A stretch of 64,000 nucleotides of DNA. Origin: Lama guanicoe. Lineage: Eukaryota. Where the stretch lies: positions 1,848,927 to 1,912,926 of the forward strand of contig MU053513.1 of NCBI GenBank assembly GCA_013239625.1, in the 5' to 3' direction. Position 1 is the stretch's first letter. Each line of letters opens with the position of its first letter. Shown here piece by piece: positions 1 to 12,839 of the stretch. A program made the position numbers and the translations under genes. The notes beneath the pieces are model-generated. The model was not told where the DNA came from, made no database searches, and saw only the letters and a program-made list of their open reading frames with translations.

Positions 1-456
1 TTTTTAGTTTTTTGAGAAACCTCCATTCTGTTTTCCACAGTGGGTGTAGCAATTTACATTCCCAACAGTATACGAGGGTTCCCTTTTCTCCACATCTTTG
101 CCAACATTTTTATTTATGTTCTTATTGATAATAGCTGTTCTGACCTGTGTGAGGAGATAATCTCACTGTGGTTTTGATTTGCATTTCCCTGATGATTAAC
201 GATGTTGAGTGTCTTTTCACATGCCTGTTGGCCATCTGTGTTTCCTCTTTGGAAAAATGTGTGTTCAGGTTTTTTAACTGGGTTGTTTATTTTTTTGGTG
301 GTGTTATATGAGCTGTTTATATATATCGGATCCTAACCCTCATATTGGTCGTATCATTTGCGAATATCTTCTCCCATTCAGTAGGTTGTTCATTTTGTTG
401 ATGGTTTCCTTTGCTGTGCAAAAGCTTTCAATTAGGACCCATTTGTTTATTTTTGC
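1..456 (-). mobile_element. L1 fragment (ORF2 3' region), continues beyond the window start
   Basis: aatttacattccc...gagggttcccttttctccacatc...ttttgatttgcatttccctgatg is antisense L1. Confidence 0.9.
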
Positions 457-821
457 TCTGTAGATAAAGCTTTCATTTTATATTTGAACTTAGGCCATCT
501 CTCTGAATTCTGATTGTTAGATGAGGCATGTTTTCTTTATACCTAATACTTCTCCAGTTTTTTAAAATGGCAGCAGCACCAAAAGCTGATCTCAAGATCA
601 TCTTCAGTTTTTTAAATTACTTTAGTTGTATTTAAACAACTTTTTAGAACTTAGTACTTCCTATCCTTCCAGTGCCTTAGATTCTACAGAGTTGTATTAC
701 CTCAGTATAATGCTACACATTTAGAAATCAGTTGCTAACCACATTTATATATTTTTCCCTCAAATTTCTATATACACATATTTTAAATGAAATAGTAATA
801 TCTATGTTGCTTATATATTAG

Positions 822-1239
822 GATGCTCAAGAATTCCTTCGGTGTTTAATGGATCTGCTTCATGAAGAATTGAAAGAACAGGTCATGGAAGTAGAAGAGG
901 ATCCTCAAACTGTAACGACTGAGGAGACCATGGAAGAAGACAAGAGCCAATCAGATGTAGATTTTCAGTCCTGTGATTCTTGTAGCAACAGCGATAAAAC
1001 CGAAAATGAAAATGGCTCTAGAAGCTTCTCTGAAGATAATAATGAAACAACAATGTTAATTCAGGATGATGAGAACAATTCAGAAATATCGAAAGATTGG
1101 CAAAAAGAGAAGATGTGCAATAAAATTAGCAAAATAAATTCTGAAGGAGAATTAGATAAAGATAGAGACTCTTTGTCTGAAACAGTTGACTTGAACAACC
1201 AGGAAACTGTCAAAGTACAAATACACAGCAGAACTTCAG
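822..1239 (+). CDS. USP33: USP33 coding exon (418 nt): [11 protein letters not shown]...QIHSRTS, Q-box and acidic insert
   Basis: Acceptor tattag|GAT at 820-821, donor CAG|gtgata at 1240; overlaps ORF 849..1283. Confidence 0.96.
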
Positions 1240-3164
1240 GTGATAATTTTTATAATTTGCAAGTGATAGTGTTTCATTTCTAGACAAAGAGTATGAGATA
1301 TATTTGTATTTAAGATTATATTTGTTATTTTACCATTTTCTGATTTTGGGGGGGCATTAGCCTAGCATGTGACTAAAATTAGAACACATTTCTAATTTAC
1401 ATGTTAATGTTCACAGTTTATATTTGGCATAATAAAAATGAGATAGAATAATTGATAGCTTTAGCTTAATTTTTGTGTGTAGTATATGACATTATAGTTC
1501 AACCATACTGATTTGAAGAAAGAGGGGTGTTACTTTGGGATTTTTCTAACTAGTAGAGTTTAGCAGTATTTGCATGTGAGTGTTTAGTTAATGTCAATTA
1601 AGGCAGATTTGGTTGAGATCTGCAGAATTGCAAAATAACCCAAATTGTAGACTATTAGATATAGATTGCTATCATTGAAGTTACATCAGCTATGAAATGT
1701 TTGTTATATGTTTTGATGTAGGAGTTTAATTAATTATAATGAACCCTGTTATGACAGATTATACTGTAATACTGGTCAGTGTTTCTTTGAGAAAGAGCAG
1801 GTAGCCAAATGAAAGATAGTTGAGCTAGGTTGCTTTGCAGTGTGCATTTGTTTCTTCTAGGGTTAACTCATCTTGGCCTAAGGTGTTATTTAATTTAACG
1901 AAGCACGTAAAATTAAACCATCAGAGGTTCAGATTCTCTGATCTCAATATAAGTGGCAGACAAGGAACAAAAAAATTACATTCTGTAATTACTGAAGAGT
2001 GGGAACTACTATACTATTTAGGCTTTTGAATGAACCCCCAATTTTTTCCTTGAGGAAAGGATATTTCCTTAACCACAGGACCACTTGTGGTACAATGCTT
2101 AAATGTCTTCTAGTTAGGAAAATGTGTTAGACTCCTTCATTAGACTGACCTTACGTTTAGAAGTTTATATGTGTTGAGAAGTTGTTTAGTCAATATGTGA
2201 AATTTCCTGTTGAAACACTTAGCAGTCTAGGCTAAGCCTGATTAAGCACATTTTTTTAAAGACCTAGCTTAAAAATGTCACAAAGATCATTTATGACATT
2301 CAAAGCCTAAAATATTTACTGTCTGGTCTTTTATAGGAGACATTTGCCACTCCCTGACCCAGATCATATTTACTTTATTCCCTTCTGAAAGGCCTAGAGT
2401 GAGTCTCCTGGTCTCTCCTACCCCAGTATAGGACAGTCTGCTTTTAGTCATGGTTGAGATAGTGAGAACTGCCTCTGTGAAAGTAATAAAAATCATTTGT
2501 TTTGCATTATCTGGAATAATCCTTGAAATCATTCTGTTTCAGGGTCTTTTATAAACAGTCGCTTTTCTTCGCTCAAATACTTTTGAGCAGTCCCTTGCCC
2601 TGGAATATATGTCATGTGTTAGGAATCCAACAGGAAGTTGTCAAGATAGCTCTCATGGAGCTTATATTTTCTTGATTTATAACTTAATTTCAAAAAGGCA
2701 TTTTTCTGACAGAGGGATATATTTTCTTTTGTCACAGTAAGAATAAAATATTTATGGTTATTTTATCCCTAAATTTCTTCTTAGGTTTTGATTACTATGT
2801 TAATTTGGGAGAAAAATTTCTTTTTCTCCCATAGGGTTTTAAAACTTTCTAAAAACTGTCCTAAATAGCTTTTGTTTTTTAAATACTAAATTAGGATAAC
2901 TGTGATCCTCTTTGGCTTCATATTTCCACTGCACACTTTCTGAATTGCCTACAAAAGTAATGTGTCATAAACATTAATTGGATTCCTAAGGTAGAAAAAA
3001 ATCAGTTACTTTGCTTAGTAGGCATATTGTCTATCAAGTATTTCACTTGACATAACGTGAATTGTGGTCAAAATCTCAAGTGAAGAAAGCTTTAAATCAA
3101 CATTATTTGACAAGTGGAATAATTTTACTATTTAAGGTAATAATACAAATTTTAAATATTACAG

Positions 3165-3305
3165 AATATATTACTGATGTCCATTTGAATGACCTGTCTA
3201 CACCACAGATCCTCCCATCAAATGAAGGTGTTAATCCACGTTTATCAGCAAGCCCTCCTAAATCAGGCAATTTGTGGCCAGGATTGGCACCCACACACAA
3301 AAAAG
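3165..3305 (+). CDS. USP33: USP33 coding exon (141 nt): [12 protein letters not shown]...APTHKK
   Basis: Acceptor ttacag|AA, donor AAG|gtagaa; phase 1-1; inside ORF 3062..3352. Confidence 0.94.
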
Positions 3306-3409
3306 GTAGAAGTTTCAGTTGTTCAGGTTCCTTTGCTTTGATAAAGTGTTAATTATGGAATTTTATTCAAGCCTTTAAAATTGACAGCATAGTTTTACCC
3401 AACAATGAT

Positions 3410-4272
3410 TTAAAATTTTTTGTGTGTGTGGCACAAATTTAAATACAGTAGAATTCACTCTTTTGGTGTAGAGGTCTGAGTTTTAACACATGCATAGATT
3501 CTTGTTACCACCACCTCCACCAGAATCAGGATATAGAACAGTTCCAACACCCCCAAAGAGTTCCCTCACACTACGCCTTTGTAATTAGAACTCCCCACTA
3601 CCCCTCCCTAAGCCCCAGCCCTGTTGATCGCTATTCCTATTGTTTTGCCTTTTCCGGAATATCATATAAATGGGATCATATAGTGTGTTGTCTTTTGAAA
3701 TAGGCTTCTTTCACTTAACATCATGCGTTTAAGTCACGTTGCGTGTCAGAGTAGTTGCTTTTTATTATTGAGTAGTATTCCATTATATGACTGTGCTACT
3801 GTTCATTCTCTCACTGAAGGATGTTTGAATTTGTTTCCAGTTTTTGGCAGTTATGAATAATGTTGCTATAAATATACATGTTCAGGTTTCTGTATGAACA
3901 TAAATTTTCATTTATTTAGGGTAACACCTGGCTGTGGGGTTATTGGGTTTTTATTGCTTAGTTTTATGTTTAATGTTGTATGAAATTGTTTTTCGGAGTG
4001 GTTGTATTTTGCATTCTGACCAGCTATGTATGAGAGATCCAGTATTATAAAATGTAAAACTATAAAACTCCTATAAGAGTCTTCATGACCTTGCATTAGA
4101 ATTCTTTAAAGATATCAGAAGCATGATCTATAAAAGAAAGAAATTAAAATCTTTCTTGGCAAAAGACACTATTAAGAGAATGAAAAGATAAAATTGGGAG
4201 AATATTTGCAGATCACATAACTGACAAAAGACTTGTATCTAGAATATATGAGGAACTCTCAAAACTTAATAG
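3410..4272. mobile_element. Old L1M element: antisense 3' piece (~3410-4040) joined to a sense ORF2 piece (~4044-4272)
   Basis: ggcttctttcacttaacatcatg (antisense), then taaaactataaaactcc...aatatttgcagatcac...gaatatatgaggaactc (sense). Confidence 0.8.
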
Positions 4273-4595
4273 AATCTTTTCTTCAAATAACACCTTACTT
4301 TGAAGAAAAAACAGACAAGTAAAAGCAAAACTATTCTGGTTGAAATCAAGGTGGAGAGACTGAACTCTTCCTATTTCATCATGGTTTCTCTTTGGTGGTT
4401 TGTTTTTTGTGGGGGTTTGTGTGTGTGTGTGTGTTTTTAAAGGTAATGCTCTTGAAAGGTATTTTGACAAATTTCTTCAGCATAGTAAATTTTACTGTTA
4501 AAGATCCCAGAAAAAAAAATGCCAGAGGAACTACTTTGATTTGCTTTTTTGCTTTGAATTTTTAAAAATGTTCTCTACTTGTTTTTCACTCTCAG

Positions 4596-4711
4596 CTCAA
4601 TCTGCATCATCTCCAAAGAGGAAAAAACAGCACAAAAAATACCGAAGTGTTATTTCAGACATATTTGATGGAACAATCATTAGTTCTGTGCAGTGTCTGA
4701 CTTGTGACAGG
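4596..4711 (+). CDS. USP33: USP33 coding exon (116 nt): [26 protein letters not shown]...CLTCDR
   Basis: Acceptor ctctcag|CT, donor AGG|gtgagt; first CxxC of the USP fingers subdomain. Confidence 0.96.
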
Positions 4712-5896
4712 GTGAGTATGAGGGATTTATAATACATAGAAAACTTCTGTCAAATGCTCTTTTTGAAACAAACCTGACAAAATGGTGTGAAAAGTTTAAT
4801 TCCTTCTCCTTACTATTGATGTTTATACATGTATTTCTTGTGTTTACTTCAGTATAAATTGATTCTAGGAGTTGAATTTGTTTTTTGAAAGTAATAGCAG
4901 CATACTTTTCCCCCCCCTTTTTTTTTTGTTACAAAAACAAAAAGATGAGTCTGACCCACCATTGGACAGGCATACGTTAACAGGAAGAATTAACTCACTT
5001 CTTCATCTCTGGTCACATGTAAAGGAGATATGTTGCTTAGCAACAAGAATTGGTAACACATGCATATTATCCCAAGGCTGATGAAATTAGTATGCTGGGA
5101 AACCATTGTTATTCACAGGCACAAGGCTGTGAATATATCTTCTCCACTTGGTTGTATGGCTTGTAAATGTTTTTCCATGTTAAGATTGGGTTCGGATAAT
5201 AAAAGTATTAAGATTCATACACAAGAGCATAAATTAGAATCATCATGAGTTCTTTGGTAATACCTCTGTTTCTGAGTTTCTTTGAGGCTTTTTTGAAGAA
5301 TGGTTTTACTTCAGTGCAGTGATAAATATAATTAATGATATAAAATGACATTAAAAAAACCCAAAACCCAAAGTAAGCTTCAATTATTGTGTTAGAATCT
5401 AAGTTAAATCTAAGGACTTCAATAGGGTCATTTTAATGTAGGCTATTTTAGTACCAGATATTTAAGTGGAATTTCTTCTGAAATGTTTTCAGCTACTTAA
5501 AAATTACATGCCAGGTTCTACATCTTGTTTTTAAAACTATCTAAAAACTATCACTAGAAGTTATTTTGAAAAAGAAATGCAATAGTGCTTAACAGTTCAG
5601 ACCTCAAGCTACAGTGGGTGGATGTGAGGTACTTCCCTTGGCTGCAGTGTCCTCAGCTAATGGGAGTGTTAGCAGTTACCTCATAAGGTTTATGGGAAGA
5701 TTAAATTTAGAACAGCACCTGGTTCTAAGCAGTTTTGCTTTTGTTATTACTATCTTTGCTGCTGTTAGTACTTAAAAGCAGTTTGATTGTGTTTTTCTTG
5801 TTACGATTTGCTTTGATCTTTGCAGTCTAAAATCTGTCCTCGAGTATTTGTTTTGGATTATTTTCATCCCATTCTTAAAACACAAAACAATTTTAG

Positions 5897-6069
5897 GTGT
5901 CTGTAACTCTCGAGACCTTTCAAGATCTGTCCTTGCCGATTCCTGGCAAGGAAGACCTTGCTAAGCTGCATTCATCAAGTCATCCAACTTCTATAGTCAA
6001 AGCAGGATCATGTGGCGAAGCTTATGCTCCACAGGGGTGGATAGCTTTTTTCATGGAATACGTGAAGAG
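5897..6069 (+). CDS. USP33: USP33 coding exon (173 nt): [16 protein letters not shown]...MEYVK
   Basis: Acceptor ttttag|GTG, donor GAG|gtatgt; DLSL motif of USP domains. Confidence 0.96.
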
Positions 6070-6171
6070 GTATGTGTGTGTGTTTTCTTTGTATTAGTTG
6101 GTTCTTAAAACTGCTGTTTCTGCTGTACTGGCAGAACATTTCCTTTTTTTTTTCTGTCAATGATGTTTCAG

Positions 6172-6266
6172 GTTTGTTGTCTCATGTGTCCCTAGCTGGT
6201 TTTGGGGTCCAATAGTAACCTTGCAAGATTGTCTTGCTGCCTTCTTCGCCAGAGATGAACTGAAAG
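6172..6266 (+). CDS. USP33: USP33 coding exon (95 nt): [32 protein letters not shown]
   Basis: Acceptor tttcag|G, donor AAG|gtaaga; second in-frame acceptor at 6194-6195. Confidence 0.95.
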
Positions 6267-6921
6267 GTAAGAAATGTGAAATAGTTTTCATCTATGACTG
6301 AATTGTTGTGGTGATCTTAAATATTAGTGGGACTAAGTTTAAAATCTGTTTATAAAAGCTAAGTTTTCAGGCAGTTTAAGTAGTACTTATTGTCCGTATT
6401 GCCACTGTGCCAATGTCTACCATGGCAATATAAATACTATAAATACCCTGAAATAATTTATACGGATTCTTAGAGTTCTAGACAATATTGTGCTTGAGTT
6501 GCCTGCAGTCTGCTCTGGGATTCAAAGAAGGGAAAATTTAACCAGTATAAAAGACTTACTTGTGTGTCTGGATTAGTCTGTGAATTCCTCCATAGTATTT
6601 AAGATCCTTTACTATTTTTGTGTGTCTAGCACTTTGCTTGGACTTACAATGGTCAGTAAATTTTGTTAAGTGAAGAAGTGGGCAGGATGTTATTTACATT
6701 ATGTTATTTTAGATAGACCTGCAAGGTTGGAAAGAAGGAGTTCAAGGGTGTTGTAGGCAAGGTAACATCATGAGCTGACTCTTGAGCAGAGACTAAAAAA
6801 TGTGAGCCTTGTGTTGCTGTGCTACCAGGTCAGCCTGTGGCAAACTCAAGGAATTGCAGAACCAAAAGAAAATAACTTGCTTTTAATTTGAGAGGAATGA
6901 CCAGGTCTGTTCTATTTTCAG

Positions 6922-6955
6922 GTGACAATATGTACAGTTGTGAAAAATGCAAAAA
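6922..6955 (+). CDS. USP33: USP33 small coding exon (34 nt): GDNMYSCEKCK
   Basis: Acceptor tttcag|GT, donor AAA|gtaagt; second CxxC. Confidence 0.95.
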
Positions 6956-8395
6956 GTAAGTGCCATTGGCAGTGCTTTCAACTGCACATTTTGTATTTTA
7001 AATGGTATTTTTCTTGGTTATTTGACTGGGCATGTGGGGTTAATTTTCCACTTTATTTAGAAAAATTAAGGTCACTAAGCTTTGTCCTAGTGAAACTGAA
7101 GAGACTGGTTGTTCTGTAAAACAAATCTGTGGTAAAAATTTAAGAAAGTTAATAGACTAGCTAAGATATGAAAGTATATTTTGAAATATAAAATAAATAT
7201 GTAATTTTGCATAAACCATTTTCTAAATGTGTTGCAGACATACTAGAATATATAACATTTTCATTACGTAGGTGAATTTTGTCATCATAAATAAAGCAAT
7301 ATTCTCTTCTGGGTTACCATTTGAACAGACTAGATTTAGAAAGTGAAAGTGACTCTAAAGATACATAGTTTCAAATCTGCGTAAAATTCAGAAAGCTTTA
7401 TACCATCTCTAATGTTACCTGCTGTCTGATGGCAGAATAAAAAGACAGTTAAGTATGATTTTGTTTCTTTGTATCTACTATTAGCTACCTTCTTCTGTCT
7501 TGTGATGAGTTCTGGCTTCTTGGTGATAAGTTAGAAAAGAAAAGTAAATGGAGAATTGAAAACAAATATGTTTGAGGCAGACTAAACTGGGAATTTTTCT
7601 GAGTCTCTCTAATAGAAGAACAGTGGCCTCCTAATAAGATCTGGAATCTTCATAATACAAACTTCTGGCTTTTGTCAGTAATCCAGGGAACGTTGATCTG
7701 CAGCTGTTGGTCTTCTCCATGACAAAAAGGAATGATATATTGTTTGGTCTATGAGGATAAAAAGCTGCCTTGTATGTTCTAGGAAAAAATATACCCCTAG
7801 TGAATTGGAAAGTATTTATTATCATGTCTTTGAAACCATAGCTGATAGCTGAAAAGGGAGCTGGCCTAGAGGGAGAATCTTTCTTGAAAAACAATGTTAA
7901 CTAGGAAAAAGATAATCATGAGGATGGAAAAGAACTTGCATCTACCTCGAAATCCAAACTGGAGATCTATCAAGTGTATATGAATATTTATTGTCAATAA
8001 TAACCACTCTTTATCTCAAATTATTTGTTTCCACATTTAAGAATAAAGGTTGTAGATTTTATGTTACCCAGTTTTACTTGATATCTGGATGTTATAAAGG
8101 CATAACCAGGCCATAGATAGTAGAAGATATTCATCAAAGAATTATACAACTCACTAAATTTTTATTACTGATATCTTCATTTAAATAATTTTTACAATAA
8201 AAGATTCCAGTGTTTCAATAGTATATATTTTTAAATGGGGTAGCATGTAATTCAGTAGTGAGCATTTTTAGTCTGATAACCTCTTGTTTCTGCATTTTTA
8301 AAAAATTTTGCTGTATATTTGAAAATATTAAAGGTTTTATAAATTCATATGAAAAGCAGGTTTATTAAAATTGGTTTTCTCTTTTTACCCCTTAG

Positions 8396-8441
8396 GTTGA
8401 GGAATGGAGTAAAGTTTTGTAAAGTACAAAAGTTTCCTGAG
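8396..8441 (+). CDS. USP33: USP33 coding exon (46 nt): KLRNGVKFCKVQKFPE
   Basis: Acceptor ccttag|G, donor GAG|gtatgg. Confidence 0.95.
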
Positions 8442-8884
8442 GTATGGACTTTATCATAATTTAATTGATATGGTAGGAACATATGGCATTCATATAACAC
8501 GGTGTAGTAAATTCTTTAGCATTGGTTAAAGAATGGAATGGTTCTATTGACCAGTTATTGTGTATACCCTATTAGGATTATCCATTTTTAAAATACTGAG
8601 TTGCATACCAAGTAAATGCTCTTACCAGTAAAACTACGTTGAACATAATTTAATCAGACACCGTTGGATCTTGCAGGTATAAAATGTAAAGTTTGAAAGC
8701 CAATACCTGTGAACTTAGGATGTACCATGTTTCACTTTTTCCACATTCTGACATCTGCAAAATCAGGTTATCAGAATTGCAGGATAATGCTTACTTTTGA
8801 CAATATGTATGTTTAATAGATTCTTTTATCTAGCATATAAAACAATAGAATTTTAAATAATCTTACCTCTCTTCTTTTAAAAAG

Positions 8885-9065
8885 ATTTTGTGCATCCATC
8901 TTAAAAGATTCAGACATGAACTGATGTTTTCCACCAAAATCAGTACTCATGTTTCATTTCCACTGGAAGGCCTGGATCTTCAGCCATTTCTTGCTAAAGA
9001 TAGTCCAGCTCAAATTGTTACCTATGATCTTCTGTCAGTTATTTGTCACCATGGAACTGCAAGTA
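8885..9065 (+). CDS. USP33: USP33 coding exon (181 nt): [15 protein letters not shown]...VICHHGTAS
   Basis: Acceptor aaaaag|ATT, donor GTA|gtaagt; LKRF and YDL..V..H motifs; ORF 8888..9127. Confidence 0.96.
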
Positions 9066-9537
9066 GTAAGTATAAGAGTTTGAAATATGTTCTTAGATTT
9101 AAAAAAAAGAAGGGTGTAAACATCTGAATTGATCTCTTAAACGACACCTGATTGAACAAAAGGAAAAAAATGGAAAGTTAGATTTTTATTAATTTTTTTT
9201 TAATTTTGGTTACTGAAAACATGTCAGAAATTTTAGGAAATTGAATAATTTTACTCTGAAGTGTTAAATACTGGAAATTATATTTTGCGTGAAGATAAAT
9301 AATAAAGACTAACATGATTTTCTTTACACTAGGTTGTTAAAGATTACATTTTCTGTCTTAATATTTATTTCCTCAAGTGGTGGTGGTGAGGATACATACT
9401 GGAAAAAAATAGAAGTTCTTGCTGTATTTTATTCAGTCTGTGCTAGGAACTGATGATACAGAAGTAGTTTTATTTTCCATTCTTGTGTTAATTTTGTATT
9501 ACTGAAATGATTTAGAATTTTTTCTACTTAAATTCAG

Positions 9538-9664
9538 GTGGACACTATATTGCCTACTGCCGAAACAATTTAAATAATCTCTGGTATGAATTTGATGATC
9601 AGAGTGTCACTGAAGTTTCAGAATCTACTGTACAAAATGCAGAAGCTTATGTTCTTTTCTACAG
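9538..9664 (+). CDS. USP33: USP33 coding exon (127 nt): [27 protein letters not shown]...AYVLFY, catalytic His box
   Basis: Acceptor attcag|GT, donor CAG|gtgaga; GHY, WYEFDD and AYVLFY motifs. Confidence 0.97.
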
Positions 9665-10256
9665 GTGAGAAAATAACGGATAGTCCATTTTAACAAATAA
9701 AGAGAACATCTCATGTTGGGGTTAATAGTGACTTCCGAGGCTTTCAGAGTGGATTGCTGAGTAAAGATTAGAAGTTATTTTACTCTCATTTCATTATACA
9801 AGTAAAAATAAAGTGAAAAGTTCTATGCAGAATGATGTTTGGTTAAGAAAATGCTAACTCATTTAGTCGAAGGGCAAAGGAATATATTTTGTTTTAGACA
9901 GATTGGTTTTAATTTAAAAAAAAATTAGATATTGACCGTAGGGATTAAGTACCATATTGTCTCCTAAAATAGCAAATAAAGGAGGTGCTAGTATAAAAAT
10001 AAATCCTTGGTACTTTTTAGTGTCTTATAAAAGATTGTACTAGCTACTAAAATAGGAAAGCAGATTAACTATTTAGATTGCTCTTATTAACAAACATTTG
10101 AATGTCTATTCAATACCAGTAGTTATGTGGATACCAGTAGTTAAGATACAGTATCAGACCTAGGGGTGTATAATGTACTTGGGAGGGGGGAAGGGGGTGG
10201 TGAATCAAAGTATATTTCTCCTGAATAGTTTTCAAAACCTAATAAAATTTGTAGTA

Positions 10257-10582
10257 CAGTCCATTCTCCAAATCCATGGGTTCCACATCCGAGGATTCAA
10301 CCAATTAAAGATCAAAAATATTTTTGGGGGGAAGATCCCAGAAAGTTCCAAAAAGCAAAACTTGAAGTTGCACACCAGCAACTGCCTATTTACTGCTATT
10401 GTATTTACCACTATTTACGTGGCATTTATTGTGTTAGATATTGTAAGTACTCTAGAGGTGATTTAAAGTATATGAGAGGGCACACATTGCACTATTTTAC
10501 ATAAGGAACTTGAGCATTTGCAGATTTTTGGTATCTGCAGGGGTCCTGGAACCAATCCCCCATGGATTCGGAGGGACTACTG
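10257..10582 (-). mobile_element. MER2/MER2B-like TcMar-Tigger non-autonomous DNA transposon
   Basis: TA|CAGT...ACTG|TA termini; ggggtcctggaaccaatccccc and ccagaaagttccaaaaagcaaaacttgaa diagnostic segments. Confidence 0.88.
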
Positions 10583-10673
10583 TATTAATGTATATGCTAA
10601 ATCTAACAAGTGCAAAAATTCACTTACAAGCCTGACGGAGTAAAATGCATTAATGAATCGTTGTCTTTAATAG

Positions 10674-10843
10674 GAAGAGCAGCGAAGAAGCACAGAAGGA
10701 GAGGCGGAGGATATCAAATTTGTTGAACATAATGGAACCAAGTCTCCTACAGTTTTATATTTCTCGACAGTGGCTAAATAAATTTAAGACCTTTGCTGAA
10801 CCTGGTCCTATTTCAAATAATGATTTTCTCTGTATTCATGGAG
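10674..10843 (+). CDS. USP33: USP33 coding exon (170 nt): [18 protein letters not shown]...NDFLCIHG, start of DUSP1
   Basis: Acceptor taatag|G, donor GAG|gtaaga; ORF 10720..10968. Confidence 0.96.
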
Positions 10844-11954
10844 GTAAGAAACTCTGTAATGGAAGTAGTGGTAAGCGTTTGCTATTAAATAATTTACAAG
10901 TAAGAAAAGAGCCAAGAGTTTCCCTCTTAGCTTTATTTCCCACTTCCCCATCTGGAGTCCAAAGTTAAGTGCGTTTAATTTGCTGCGGTTTCAGAATTAA
11001 GTTTTTTTTTTTTCTAATTATAGGCAACCTGTAGCCTCTTCACAGAACAGATGTTTTTTGAGTACCTGTTCCAGACCCTCTCCTAAAGCCTGGGTTTATC
11101 AAAGACACTATATCTATTCTCAGAGCTCTAATTTCATAGAAGAGAGAGATACATAAACAGCCAATTACAGTACAGTGAGCCAGTTTTATTACATATTATT
11201 TTTCTCTGCTGAGAGACATTCAGCTCCAACTGTATCCATGGCTCTTATTCCCTTTGTCTAAATGAATAGCTGGCTCTTTTCCGAAGTATGAAAATGTACT
11301 TGGAATTTAACAAAAAAGCCTCATGTAGTTATTTGCTAAATATAACTTATGCCTTTGTGGTTGGCTGTGTTAGTGTTTGTTCCCACGATACTTAACACTT
11401 TAGTGTTACACTTTAAATTTCATGATTAAAGACTTGATATTATCATTAATTATTTTTGCTTGAAACCACAAGAGATAGTAGGATTGTCCCTTATTGGATT
11501 TAGAAATCTAAACCTTGGGACTATTTCTGTATGTGAATTTTTTTCTTATTATTTCCTTACTTGAACTGCTAGCATAAGTTCCTGTTCCAAATGTTCCCAT
11601 AAACCCACAATGATCTGTGCCTGCCTTTTATTATAGTTACTTATATAAATGCTTCATTTCTTCCGCTAGCTCATAAGCTCCATGAAGGAAAGATTGTCTC
11701 TTGACTTATCTCTGATTTGCCCCAATGCACAGTCAAGTCTTAGTAAAGATTTATGTAAGTTAAATACTTGAAGATCTTGGTTAGCTGATTTTTCTCTATT
11801 TTAAGAAATAAGTTCATCTTTAGGAACATATGCTTATACTTAACTTTTTGGGGAGGAATTTTAAGAATAATTATTGAAAAATGCAAGTGATTAATCAGTT
11901 AAAAGCAATACAAAGGAATTTAAGAATGAGACAGACCCATTTAAACTTTTTTAG

Positions 11955-12036
11955 GTGTTCCTCCACGAAAAGCTAGTTATATTGAAGACCTGGTTTTGAT
12001 GCTGCCTCAGAACATTTGGGATAACCTATATAGCAG
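11955..12036 (+). CDS. USP33: USP33 coding exon (82 nt): [27 protein letters not shown]
   Basis: Acceptor ttttag|GT, donor CAG|gtttgt. Confidence 0.95.
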
Positions 12037-12730
12037 GTTTGTTTTTTAAATCAGACAGTATGGTATTGTGAAAATCAGTTTGTGAAATTCTTTAAAAGGG
12101 GATTGGATTATTTTATATATGCTACTTGTGCTGTATGCTGCTTGTGTAGAATACTGCCTTTTTCCTTCATTTATTCACTCTGAAGTGTGAAGTTGACTTG
12201 TAGCTAGTGTGGCCTAGTCTGGATAATTAATTCTAATTTTTATGTTCTGATTATCTGTACCTGTAAGAGTATGCTGTGATATTTAAGTCTTAAATTTTAA
12301 AGTTTTAAATTTTGTGTTAAAATATTTCACACATAATTTCCTCATTATATTTTTCTTAGTTAAATATTGAAAATAATTTATGTCATGAATTCTTACCTGA
12401 GGGGCCAGGGGTAGCCTCCTTATGATTAAAACTATGGTTATGTATAACTTAAGATTTATATGTTGTATGCTAATTCTTGAAAGCTGCTTCTTTTACTTAA
12501 TGTTGGTGTTGCAGCACACGTATTTTGTTACAAAAGTGGCTATAAGGGAAAGTTGAAATATAGATAAAGCAGGCAAATCAATAAACTGATAAAATCATTG
12601 ACTCCAATAAACATAAAATCAAGTCCTTATGGTAATCTGGATTTTACATTTTACTAAAAATTGGAGACATTTTCTTAGAACATCAGCTTTTTTCAAAATT
12701 GTCATAGTTATTCAATTCTTCATGCTTTAG

Positions 12731-12839
12731 GTATGGAGGAGGACCAGCTGTCAACCATCTGTACATTTGTCACACTTGCCAAATTGAGGCGGAGAAAATT
12801 GAAAAAAGAAGAAAAACTGAATTGGAAATTTTTATTCGG
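12731..12839 (+). CDS. USP33: USP33 coding exon (109 nt): [37 protein letters not shown]
   Basis: Acceptor ctttag|G, donor CGG|gtaaag; YGGGP end of DUSP1. Confidence 0.96.

Noticed and set aside
849..10968. ORF-track products as standalone small proteins
   Set aside because: They are USP33 exons read through into flanking introns; true boundaries are set by the splice sites
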